From positions 1 to 51,630 of the IMG/VR virus record IMGVR_UViG_3300033153_003505: DNA of 51,630 nt; one strand, written 5' to 3'. Every line of letters begins with the position of its first letter. The stretch's first letter is position 1. The notes below the pieces were generated by a model that saw only the letters and a program-made list of their open reading frames with translations, searched no databases and was not told the origin of the DNA. Made by a program: the position numbers and the translations under genes. The stretch is from a virus. Lineage: Duplodnaviria; Caudoviricetes. This document shows, piece after piece, positions 1 through 8,421 of the stretch.

Positions 1-779
1 ATTAGCTTATCAATTAATGTATCCTTAGCACATAGGTTACTATTTAATGCAAATTGCATCTTTGGTTTATCTTCGATGAACTTATCAAACAAGCGCCAGG
101 TGTGTGGAGACATTAGAGGCTCGCCGCCTGTTAAGCGTAGCTCTTGCAAGCTATCTTTTAAGTCTGACTCCCACCATTTAAAGAACGCTTCTACATACGG
201 ATTAGTTTCTTTTGGACCAAACGGTTCTGCTTCGTCATGTGCATGTGTAAAGTGATTGCGTCCGTCACTTATTAGCTGACGATACGGTCCACGGACCTTA
301 ATATCTTTAGCCCATGTGGTACTGAATGCAGGGTTACAATAACTACATGCAAAGTTACAAGTCCTATCAAATGCAATCTCAAGTGTTTTAAGATTAACAT
401 CATCGCGAGGATCAAGCATTGAAACATGCTGAACATCCTTATCCTCATATATCACAGACTTGTAAACGCGGTCGCTAATTGCACCGCGTTCCATATCTTC
501 GATTTTCCAACAATAGCCGCATCCTGGTGGCCGACGTCCGTCTTGCATTTGCATACGGTCTGTTTTCTTTTCACGTGTATTGTGCAAGGCTCTTGGGTTG
601 TGTTCAAGTTCCTTAATATCAATTTGGTGTGCTGTTGGATGATGACAGCTAGTAGTCTGTCCACTGCCTAACCATATAGTAGCATTAAACCATTTCGCAA
701 GACACAATGAAGGACTAAACGAATTGATATAGTCTAGCACTTCTTTGTCGGTTTCACGGCCATCTTTTCTAAGACTCAT
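1..779 (-). CDS. Twitch/SPASM-type radical SAM protein, truncated at the window edge (not in the ORF track)
   Basis: Hand translation from ATG 779 (ATGA overlap with the upstream stop) gives MSLRKDGRETDKEVLDYINSFSPSLCLAKW...TSCHHP...GCGYCW...FDRTCNFACSYC...LRLTGGEPLM, open to base 1. It has the CxxxCxxC and GGEP motifs and is a paralog of 2567..3976. Confidence 0.9.
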   Translation of the reverse strand, partial: MSLRKDGRETDKEVLDYINSFSPSLCLAKWFNATIWLGSGQTTSCHHPTAHQIDIKELEHNPRALHNTREKKTDRMQMQDGRRPPGCGYCWKIEDMERGAISDRVYKSVIYEDKDVQHVSMLDPRDDVNLKTLEIAFDRTCNFACSYCNPAFSTTWAKDIKVRGPYRQLISDGRNHFTHAHDEAEPFGPKETNPYVEAFFKWWESDLKDSLQELRLTGGEPLMSPHTWRLFDKFIEDKPKMQFALNSNLCAKDTLIDKL

Positions 780-1825
780 AACAATATATTCCTAATTTTA
801 TATTCTTCTTCGGTTGCAAACTCAAATACTCTTGACTTATTATACACTAATGCTGGAAGCATGTCAGTATATAAATCGATTAATTCCGACTCTGTTTTAT
901 TGCATACCCATTCTATAGTTTTGACTATACTAGGAATAACATCATCTTCGTGTAGATCTGTTAACGGATACGGAAAATACTCATTAAACGTTTTGAATCC
1001 TCTATCTTCTAGCCACTTATAAGTGCGCGTATTACCGTTTATTATAAACGGGCGCATGCCAATCATTGGCTTAAATTGTGTTTCGGATACAAATACATTA
1101 TCCCACGGGCGAAACTCTGTCGCCCCTATTACATGCAGAAAATGGTTTTCCCAGTAATCCATATTGTGCAAACTTAACACGTCATGAGGTATACCAAATT
1201 CATCGTCCTTGTACCAGTGTCCTGTTGCTACGTAATCTTCTGCTTTCTCACCAACACTTAAATATAATTCATTTGCTGGATCGTTGTCGTAACAAATATC
1301 TGGCTTGCCCAATGTCACTATCCCTTGTGAATCTAACCCGCCATCGATCAATGCGTTTACTAACTTTACTCTGTGTTCTCTAGGTTTTCTATTATATGCA
1401 ATGTACTTGTATTTAAAACTTGCCGGCAATAACTCGTCTTCAGTATAGTGCTTAAACTCATGCAACATAATTGGCGCAAAGAAATTAAACTCGTATTCGG
1501 AGTTATCAAAGTTTCCAATTAAATGTAGCTTAGGGTTTCCGAGGTTTTTGCAAAGAACATCTAGTTTTTGTGTGTTGAGCATAATAGGATCAACAGATGC
1601 CAAAATAAACAAATTGTCGTAGGTTTCATCACCTGCTATTAACTGACTGTACATGTCATTATCAAATTGTGGCCCAAACCAAGTGCTATTAATAAAGATA
1701 TTCTTCTCGCCTGCATATTTACTAACGATGTTATTTTTAATAATATCTATAATGTTGGTCTCGTACTGAGACCACAGCCACTTGTCTGGGAATTGTGTAC
1801 CGACGTAAGTTAAATCACCCTGCAT
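776..1825 (-). CDS. Hypothetical protein, possibly glycosyltransferase-like (GT-B-like C-terminal domain)
   Basis: 349-aa ORF with YNRKPREHR and FVSETQFKPMIGMRPFII...GFKTF motifs that resemble the (T/S)EK-type motif of GT10/CgeB-like domains. The function is inferred. Confidence 0.5.
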   Translation of the reverse strand: MQGDLTYVGTQFPDKWLWSQYETNIIDIIKNNIVSKYAGEKNIFINSTWFGPQFDNDMYSQLIAGDETYDNLFILASVDPIMLNTQKLDVLCKNLGNPKLHLIGNFDNSEYEFNFFAPIMLHEFKHYTEDELLPASFKYKYIAYNRKPREHRVKLVNALIDGGLDSQGIVTLGKPDICYDNDPANELYLSVGEKAEDYVATGHWYKDDEFGIPHDVLSLHNMDYWENHFLHVIGATEFRPWDNVFVSETQFKPMIGMRPFIINGNTRTYKWLEDRGFKTFNEYFPYPLTDLHEDDVIPSIVKTIEWVCNKTESELIDLYTDMLPALVYNKSRVFEFATEEEYKIRNILL

Positions 1826-1841
1826 AATTTAGATATTCTCA

Positions 1842-2570
1842 TTATAACACCTGTGCTGTTAATTGTTTTACAATAAAGTTAGCTATTGTTATATGTCCTT
1901 TAATATTTGGATGACCCAAGCATGGCCTAATGTATTCCGCAAGCCTTTCAATTTGATACTCCCAATCCTTAGAAGTTATTGATGGACCATCAGCATTTAT
2001 CATTCCTTTAGTATCAAATAACGGATTGTTAAAGAGTTGTGCCAAACATTGTTCTCTGGGTGTTAACCAACACGAGGACGGAACTATATCAAATTCTGAT
2101 TTATCTTCTATCGAGAAGAGGTTTGCGAAAACATGCTTCACGCCAATACTCTTGCACCATAGATGTAATAAATTTATATTTTGATCATAATTATATTTGC
2201 GTTGTGGTTGTGTGTCAAAATACTTATACCATTGTTCTGTATACGGATGAAGTAAATTATTATGATTTTCTAAATCACTAGCGCGTAACTGAAACCTTTC
2301 GCCTTCATCTCCGAGTATAGTAATCCTGTGACTAGCGGTTAAGCAGAAAATTACAATGTCATCTGGCGTTAAGTCTGAGACAATTCCCGAAAACTCAAAT
2401 GCTATATCGTCAATGCTTGATCCTGACGTTCCTAAATTAACGCATTCATATTCTAACTCATTACTAACAAGCTGGGCGAAGGTGTACTTGTATTTTTCTT
2501 TGTCAGGAACTAACATTTCTAATTCATCGCCAGCAACCCAACTGTCACCAAACCAATATATTTTCTTCAT
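1842..2570 (-). CDS. SGNH/GDSL hydrolase-like protein (acyl esterase or transferase)
   Basis: N-terminal FGDSW, block II NLGTSGSS and C-terminal HPNIKGH motifs. Confidence 0.75.
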   Translation of the reverse strand: MKKIYWFGDSWVAGDELEMLVPDKEKYKYTFAQLVSNELEYECVNLGTSGSSIDDIAFEFSGIVSDLTPDDIVIFCLTASHRITILGDEGERFQLRASDLENHNNLLHPYTEQWYKYFDTQPQRKYNYDQNINLLHLWCKSIGVKHVFANLFSIEDKSEFDIVPSSCWLTPREQCLAQLFNNPLFDTKGMINADGPSITSKDWEYQIERLAEYIRPCLGHPNIKGHITIANFIVKQLTAQVL

Positions 2571-3976
2571 GTACTATCTCTTTTTGCGAAGTATTTGCAT
2601 TCTTCCCAAAATGAAATTAACTCCGGGAATACTTCTTCAAACTTTGTATCATGTCGCTTATCTGCTTCAGTAAAGAAGCGATAGAAGTCTGCCTTCTTTT
2701 GTTCAACATTATCTGTTCCTTGTTTCATCCACGCAATGTCTCTATCCATGCGTTGTACTTCGTAATCCTTAAAGCCATGAAAGCGATCGTCTTCTGTTTC
2801 CATATGGTCTAACATGTATTGTTTTGCATCTTCCAACTTACTAACAAAATGCTCTGGAAGTATTTGCATACTTTGCCATTCTGGTGTACGTAGCACAGGT
2901 GTGTCAAACCAAATACGCTGGAAGTCTGTACTGTACTTTCTTCGCAGATGCAAAATGCACATCATTAACTGTCTGAGATTATGAATAGACAAATTGTTCA
3001 TTGTAATAATAAATGTTACGCTACTGTAGTTAGGTACGTCAGTTAAGAACTCTTCCACGCGCTCCAACAATAAATTAAAGTTTAATCCATGGCGTATGTA
3101 TTCGGCTTGCTCACCCCATGTATCAACACTTACGTACTGCATGAAGTGTTCGATCTTGCCTGTCGTTAATTGCTTAACATAGCCCATGTACTTGTCCCAA
3201 AGTTTTTGGTCTACTGACAGATTGCTTGTAACGTTCAGATGTAAATCGGGCTTTGGATTTGCTAATACATAATCAAATACCTTGTAGGTATTCTTGTCCA
3301 TAAGTGGCTCGCCGCCTGTCATTCTAAAATGTACAAGTTCTTTATATAGTTCTGGCCACCACTCCCAAAATGCATCAACGTACGGATTATCTTCACGGTT
3401 GGGTATCGGGCGTCTATTACCTGTAAAGTACGCGGGATCATTATGCGGTTGTGTTGTCGGATAGGCACCGTGCTTCTTAACTTCCTGCATCCAAGTTGTA
3501 GAAAACTGGGGTGAGCAGTAAGAACACGCTAAGTTACATGCATGGTTAAAGTTAACCTCTACGTAAGAAGGGTTAACATCGGCATACGGGTTTGCAACTA
3601 TAGCGTCAAAGTCCTTAGCGGCCCAAGGCTCGCCACTTCTATAGTGACGATCACTTAACTTTCCTTCAGCTTCCATCATCCAGCAATAACTACATTCAGG
3701 AGGCTGTATTCCATCTATCATTAATTGGCGAGCATCAATTTTTTGCTTTGTATTATGTAACGCGCTCGGATTTTTCTTAATATCGTCAATGCTTATTTGA
3801 TGCAATGGTGGATGGTAACAGGAATTGTTTAATCCAGTAGGCAAGTGTAAGGACACTTGCTTCCACTTGGCAAGACACATAGACGGACTAACAGTATCTA
3901 ATTTTTCTTTCATTAGCTCTGCGTCTGAGAGGAACTTACTTTTAAAGTCTTTATTAACTTCGTCACCCTTACTCAT
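2567..3976 (-). CDS. Twitch-domain radical SAM protein
   Basis: CNLACSYC cluster motif, MTGGEPL, and N-terminal Cys-rich CLAKW...SCYH...CSYCW auxiliary cluster ligands. Confidence 0.9.
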   Translation of the reverse strand: MSKGDEVNKDFKSKFLSDAELMKEKLDTVSPSMCLAKWKQVSLHLPTGLNNSCYHPPLHQISIDDIKKNPSALHNTKQKIDARQLMIDGIQPPECSYCWMMEAEGKLSDRHYRSGEPWAAKDFDAIVANPYADVNPSYVEVNFNHACNLACSYCSPQFSTTWMQEVKKHGAYPTTQPHNDPAYFTGNRRPIPNREDNPYVDAFWEWWPELYKELVHFRMTGGEPLMDKNTYKVFDYVLANPKPDLHLNVTSNLSVDQKLWDKYMGYVKQLTTGKIEHFMQYVSVDTWGEQAEYIRHGLNFNLLLERVEEFLTDVPNYSSVTFIITMNNLSIHNLRQLMMCILHLRRKYSTDFQRIWFDTPVLRTPEWQSMQILPEHFVSKLEDAKQYMLDHMETEDDRFHGFKDYEVQRMDRDIAWMKQGTDNVEQKKADFYRFFTEADKRHDTKFEEVFPELISFWEECKYFAKRDST

Positions 3977-4965
3977 AATCCATCCTTATTGTATCCGCGT
4001 TCTAAGTAGATTTTCATCACCTGGTAATTGTGTTCTATATCGTGATGACAATCTTGGAAAATAGAATATATATTTTCTGATTCGATTAGTTCATGTAAAA
4101 TATTAAACACGGCTGTTACTCTTTCTTTGCCAACTAAGTTATCATATTTTATAGGAATAACATGCTGGAACAATTTTAATGGTGCTACTAATTTTAAGTC
4201 TTTAACCATTTGTGACTCTGTACTCAACTGCAAAGCAAGACCCGGACTTGATAGTAGTAAGAATGGTCGCCTGTACATTATGCACCGAATTAACTTTTCT
4301 GTTATTTGCCAATTATTAGGCGAGTCTGACGTTTCGCATATTATTTCAATTGGAATCTGCTGGTATACTTCGCCCCAATCTACATAGTTACGTGGTGGTA
4401 ATATCGGAACATCCTGCACAATACCAATATCACTATACGGCTTGTGTTTCGTTAAGTCACTCCACAATGCATTGGACTCTTTAAGATACGTTAGAACCGA
4501 AAGCGTATTTACAGATTCATCTTCTACAGATTGGTTCATACTAGTTAATCCAAGCTCGGCGTATTTAAAATTTCGAAACGCTTCAAGTGCATGTAATCTA
4601 GATACATTTAGTCGCCCAACAAACATACCAAATAATTTTGAATGGTCCCAGTGATTAAACTCTATAGGGATTGGTAGTTGTGCAACAGGGTCGCCAGCAT
4701 CACTAACAGTCATGTTATAACTTATTAATTCCGATTCTTTATGGTTGCCGTACTTAAAATGTATTGTACTAGAGTCCCACTTATAGTACTGTACTAAATC
4801 ATCAACTAAATCTATTAATCCTATGTCAATTGCAGAGATCGGTTCCTTAGTATATATTTCAATGCCGTTGCCTTCCTGCATTATCTCTATTATTTTAGCT
4901 GCTAGTATTCCGATATTCTTTATTTCATCGTTACCAACAAACTTTTGTATTTCTAGCCTTACCAT
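3973..4965 (-). CDS. Hypothetical protein, TEK-motif glycosyltransferase-like
   Basis: 330 aa with EIICET...QITEKLIRCIMYRRPFLL, similar to the C-terminal motif of 776..1825. Confidence 0.45.
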   Translation of the reverse strand: MVRLEIQKFVGNDEIKNIGILAAKIIEIMQEGNGIEIYTKEPISAIDIGLIDLVDDLVQYYKWDSSTIHFKYGNHKESELISYNMTVSDAGDPVAQLPIPIEFNHWDHSKLFGMFVGRLNVSRLHALEAFRNFKYAELGLTSMNQSVEDESVNTLSVLTYLKESNALWSDLTKHKPYSDIGIVQDVPILPPRNYVDWGEVYQQIPIEIICETSDSPNNWQITEKLIRCIMYRRPFLLLSSPGLALQLSTESQMVKDLKLVAPLKLFQHVIPIKYDNLVGKERVTAVFNILHELIESENIYSIFQDCHHDIEHNYQVMKIYLERGYNKDGL

Positions 4966-5897
4966 CCTTCCCGATTCCGTATCACATCCATTTCGCGTAC
5001 CATTATACCTTTGTTATGCCAGTTCGCACGGTAATGATATTTCATAAACTTGCTGTAAAATACATCTGGGTCGAGAATTTGCAAATCTAGCTGGCTACTA
5101 AGTTGTTCGCCAATCTCCCGAATTGACTGGAGTGGATCGTTTTCGCATTGCAGCACGACGTGGTTGTACACCTCTTCTAATTCGTCAAAGTCCTGTACGT
5201 TTTTATAGTCCCAATCACCTAGCATTGTCATATGTGTTCCCATGCGCGCGCCAAGTATTGCGTAAATTCCATTCTCAACATCAATTCCGATGTTATGCCA
5301 AATACTTAAATTATCCATGTTGCGTTTATGTACATCAGATTTAAAGTCTACTAGTGATGGCCTAGTGCCTTGGTTAAGACACATCTTAACCCCTTCGCGG
5401 AAGCCTGCTCTCCATGCTTGGAACTGACTGGCGTCTGGATACGTTGTGCTATAACAGTCATGCATAGCCCAGTACAACGGATCGAAACAAAACTCAACAT
5501 CTGTATCATCTCTACCCTCTGAGGCTTCGTGCGTTTTCATATTATATATAAATTCTTTTGGCCAACAACTGATGCCACCATTGCCGTACGTTAAGCCATT
5601 AATGTGGTTACGTGCTTTCCAGCGGAATACAGCTTGCTCGTACTGGGCATCTTTTAAATCAAGTGTTAAGTTAAAGAAGTCCAAGTCCGGCAAGTTGTCG
5701 CCATCTATTAGAATAAACCTATCTGTTTGGCTTGCATCTGCTGCGGCTTTGTGTGCTGCATCACTGCCTTTAACGCCGTCGACTCTAACTGCCCACGGAA
5801 CCATATTTTTAATCTTAACCCAGAACTCTTCTTTCTGTGGTTCGTCGTAGCTAAGATAGACTACGTCCAAGTCTGCTATGTCAACTAAGTTACTCAT
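4959..5897 (-). CDS. Putative GT-A fold glycosyltransferase
   Basis: DVVYLSYDEP, RVDGVKGSDAAHKAAA and FILIDGDN (DxD) motifs typical of GT2-like proteins. Confidence 0.65.
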   Translation of the reverse strand: MSNLVDIADLDVVYLSYDEPQKEEFWVKIKNMVPWAVRVDGVKGSDAAHKAAADASQTDRFILIDGDNLPDLDFFNLTLDLKDAQYEQAVFRWKARNHINGLTYGNGGISCWPKEFIYNMKTHEASEGRDDTDVEFCFDPLYWAMHDCYSTTYPDASQFQAWRAGFREGVKMCLNQGTRPSLVDFKSDVHKRNMDNLSIWHNIGIDVENGIYAILGARMGTHMTMLGDWDYKNVQDFDELEEVYNHVVLQCENDPLQSIREIGEQLSSQLDLQILDPDVFYSKFMKYHYRANWHNKGIMVREMDVIRNREGW

Positions 5898-6213
5898 ACG
5901 TTTTCATTTCCCAGTACTGTTCGTCGCCAACAATAGTAATGTCATCCTTTGTCGTACCATGCCCGAAGTGTGCGGGTACTAGCTTACCTATCGACGTACT
6001 ACGCAACCGATTTATTTTTCCATCTTTAACTGTTATATCTAGACGAAGTTCGGCAAATTCTTTAGCGGTGATTGTAATATAATCTCCGGGCTTGTCTTCC
6101 ATCGAATAAAATAACGGCCCGCCAGTTTCGATATCGTAGTACAACCTGAAAAACACTTTTGGTTTTTCAAATTGATCGTCTAGAATATCTAATGCATCAT
6201 AGAAGTTAGTCAT
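5890..6213 (-). CDS. Hypothetical protein
   Basis: 107-aa ORF overlapping both neighbours by 8 nt within the operon. Confidence 0.7.
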   Translation of the reverse strand: MTNFYDALDILDDQFEKPKVFFRLYYDIETGGPLFYSMEDKPGDYITITAKEFAELRLDITVKDGKINRLRSTSIGKLVPAHFGHGTTKDDITIVGDEQYWEMKTYE

Positions 6214-6424
6214 CCGTTAACGAACGCTTCTCATGATATATTATAATTGCATCTTCCATTAATGCAAGTTGCTTAAATATTTTTTCTAGTGAGGTTGCCG
6301 GAGCACCACGCTTTAATCCGCGAATTAACTTATCGCGAAAGTATTGTACATCGTCGTCTGTAACTACTTTGCCTGCTATTTCAGCGAAGCCTCTAATTTT
6401 TTCGTCATCTGTTAATATTGTCAT
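6206..6424 (-). CDS. Hypothetical protein
   Basis: 72-aa ORF that fills the gap in a tightly packed operon. Confidence 0.6.
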   Translation of the reverse strand: MTILTDDEKIRGFAEIAGKVVTDDDVQYFRDKLIRGLKRGAPATSLEKIFKQLALMEDAIIIYHEKRSLTDD

Positions 6425-7208
6425 AATGTTTATTTAACTCCTTGCTAAATTCCTTTATATAATAGTGAAATGGATATTCCTGATCAATTGTGTTAATGCG
6501 TATGTTAGACTTATCCAATTCCCAAATTAGTTCTTTCGTCCAGTCTTCCTCAGCCAACCAATTTATCTTACCCTTCATATGTATTAATGACGGATAGCTA
6601 GTACCTGGCAATGTAACGTTTTCTACGCCAATTAGTGCGGCAGCTATAGCATATATTAAATCTGTTGTGCCGGGGTCGGCTAGACCCATTTTAATATGTG
6701 GTTGCATTACTTTCCAGCTACTAAACAACGACCGCACAATATTAAAAAAGTTATGCGAGGTTCTACTTACGCGCCAGTATGTAATTGCATTATACACGTC
6801 CGGCAAATTGTTTACATCAAATATCTTCCTGTATGTACGATCACTAGTGATTTGATTATGATAATTTCGTGCGCCGGTTGTTAATACAACGTCCTTGTGT
6901 TCTAGCATTTGCCACCAGTGGTCAATACTGTGGGGTATTATCATATCAGCTTCAATCTTTATTGTTTGTCTAAATGGACTAGCATGTAGTACCTGCCAAT
7001 CGTTAGCAAGTACATTCTCGTAATTAACATCATACGGAAATACTTCGCTGTAATCAAATACGCTAGAATCATAATGTTTATCAGACAACAATGCTATCTT
7101 TGCATCTGGTGTATGTAATCGTATGCTCTTAGCACATGCATTAGCACAGTCGATGTAGTCGTCGCCAATAGCCCAAATTAAGTAACCGCGTTCTGCTTTA
7201 ATCGGCAT
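6405..7208 (-). CDS. Putative GT-A nucleotide-diphospho-sugar transferase (GT8-like)
   Basis: RGYLIWA...YIDCANACAKSIR, SPFRQTIKIEADM (DxD-like EAD) and a C-terminal HMK/FHY. Confidence 0.6.
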   Translation of the reverse strand: MPIKAERGYLIWAIGDDYIDCANACAKSIRLHTPDAKIALLSDKHYDSSVFDYSEVFPYDVNYENVLANDWQVLHASPFRQTIKIEADMIIPHSIDHWWQMLEHKDVVLTTGARNYHNQITSDRTYRKIFDVNNLPDVYNAITYWRVSRTSHNFFNIVRSLFSSWKVMQPHIKMGLADPGTTDLIYAIAAALIGVENVTLPGTSYPSLIHMKGKINWLAEEDWTKELIWELDKSNIRINTIDQEYPFHYYIKEFSKELNKHYDNINR

Positions 7209-8013
7209 CTATTAATCTCTCCATTGCGACCTTATTTAAACAATGAAAGTCTTGTCCTTTAATTACTGACTGCATTTTTCTCTGCTTGTTTCTTGACCAT
7301 TTCTCGTACCGTAATTCAAATTCTGTGTCATTTATTTGTGTTACGTTAATATCTGTAGTCGCAGTTGGTAATAACCACGGGATGGATGGTATTGAATCTA
7401 ACCGATGCCCGTGTGCAATTGATAATGCTATGCTCACAGCATAATCGTTACGGAACGGTGATAGGCTAAACCCATATACCTTTGAATATAGCTGGTAGTT
7501 ATCTTTAATCATTGCAATTAAGTTAAACATAAATTTTGAATGATCTGACTTACGAAAGAATAAAACTGTTGCCCAGTAATGTGGAAACGGTGTAGTGCCA
7601 AACATCTGATATGCATTGAGGCCTGCTTTGTTTGCTACATCATAAACCGCCCTATGACATAAAAAGTCATATGGTGAATCAAATAACAAATTTAACTGAT
7701 CGCTATTAACGATATAATCACTGTCGATTACTATCGTTTCGTCGTATGGACTAACGTCGAATGATTGGAAACGATTTACATTATACCAATAATCAATTTG
7801 ATCTTCTTTAAATGCATCATAGTTTCGCAGACTCAATGCCATTGCTTTCTTAAAGACAACGTTATGTTTGGTTTCGCTAACACTAGCTTCATCTGTTACT
7901 ATTGTCGTTGGCAAGCCAAGAAACTTTTCTACTCTATCTGCCACCCATGTTGCTTGTTTGAAATAGTTAAGTTTGGTATTATTGAAAGCAAATATTAAAA
8001 CGCCTCTACTCAT
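7198..8013 (-). CDS. Putative GT-A nucleotide-diphospho-sugar transferase
   Basis: MSRGVLIFAFN..., SPYDETIVIDSDY (DxD), FRNDYAVSIA. The start was moved to ATG 8013, which makes an ATGA overlap with the 8010 stop. Paralog of 6405..7208. Confidence 0.65.
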   Translation of the reverse strand: MSRGVLIFAFNNTKLNYFKQATWVADRVEKFLGLPTTIVTDEASVSETKHNVVFKKAMALSLRNYDAFKEDQIDYWYNVNRFQSFDVSPYDETIVIDSDYIVNSDQLNLLFDSPYDFLCHRAVYDVANKAGLNAYQMFGTTPFPHYWATVLFFRKSDHSKFMFNLIAMIKDNYQLYSKVYGFSLSPFRNDYAVSIALSIAHGHRLDSIPSIPWLLPTATTDINVTQINDTEFELRYEKWSRNKQRKMQSVIKGQDFHCLNKVAMERLIDAD

Positions 8014-8327
8014 CGTTTCGTTTGCAACTCTTCGAATTCTTGGTACCATCCATTCATCTGTTCTTGCCAGCGCGTAACTACCATGCTGTATAACTCAAGC
8101 GAGTCAACCTTACACGGGTTTCCGTATTCATCTAATATTACAACGTTAGCAGTTGATCCTGTTGCTGTTAATAAGGAAAGCAATTCGGGACCAGCTTTCC
8201 ACATGCCATTAAAGGCCGCAAATAACATTTTGGATTCGTATTTTTCTTTTAGTACTCGTTTAGCAGAGTCGTGATCGAAATATCGCCTTACTTTGTTGGT
8301 GACATTTGAGTTTTCATTGTTGTCCAT
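8010..8327 (-). CDS. Hypothetical protein, first gene of the accessory operon
   Basis: 105-aa ORF preceded by a GAGG Shine-Dalgarno sequence. Confidence 0.7.
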   Translation of the reverse strand: MDNNENSNVTNKVRRYFDHDSAKRVLKEKYESKMLFAAFNGMWKAGPELLSLLTATGSTANVVILDEYGNPCKVDSLELYSMVVTRWQEQMNGWYQEFEELQTKR

Positions 8328-8344
8328 TTAATAACCTCTGCCGC

Positions 8345-8373
8345 ATTGTAGCAGGATTAGTGTTAAATGTAAA
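8345..8373 (-). promoter_or_regulatory. Sigma70-like promoter for the radical SAM/glycosyltransferase operon
   Basis: The minus strand reads TTTACA-17 nt-TACAAT with an extended TGn, about 17 nt upstream of ATG 8327. Confidence 0.6.
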
Positions 8374-8376
8374 GAT

Positions 8377-8412
8377 ATAATATGATGCAGACTAATTTCT
8401 GCATCATATTAT
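8377..8412 (-). terminator. Hairpin, probable terminator of the tail fibre transcript
   Basis: Perfect 15-bp inverted repeat ATAATATGATGCAGA/TCTGCATCATATTAT with a 6-nt loop, just after the 8422 stop. The U-tract is weak. Confidence 0.6.
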
Positions 8413-8421
8413 GGGGTTTGA

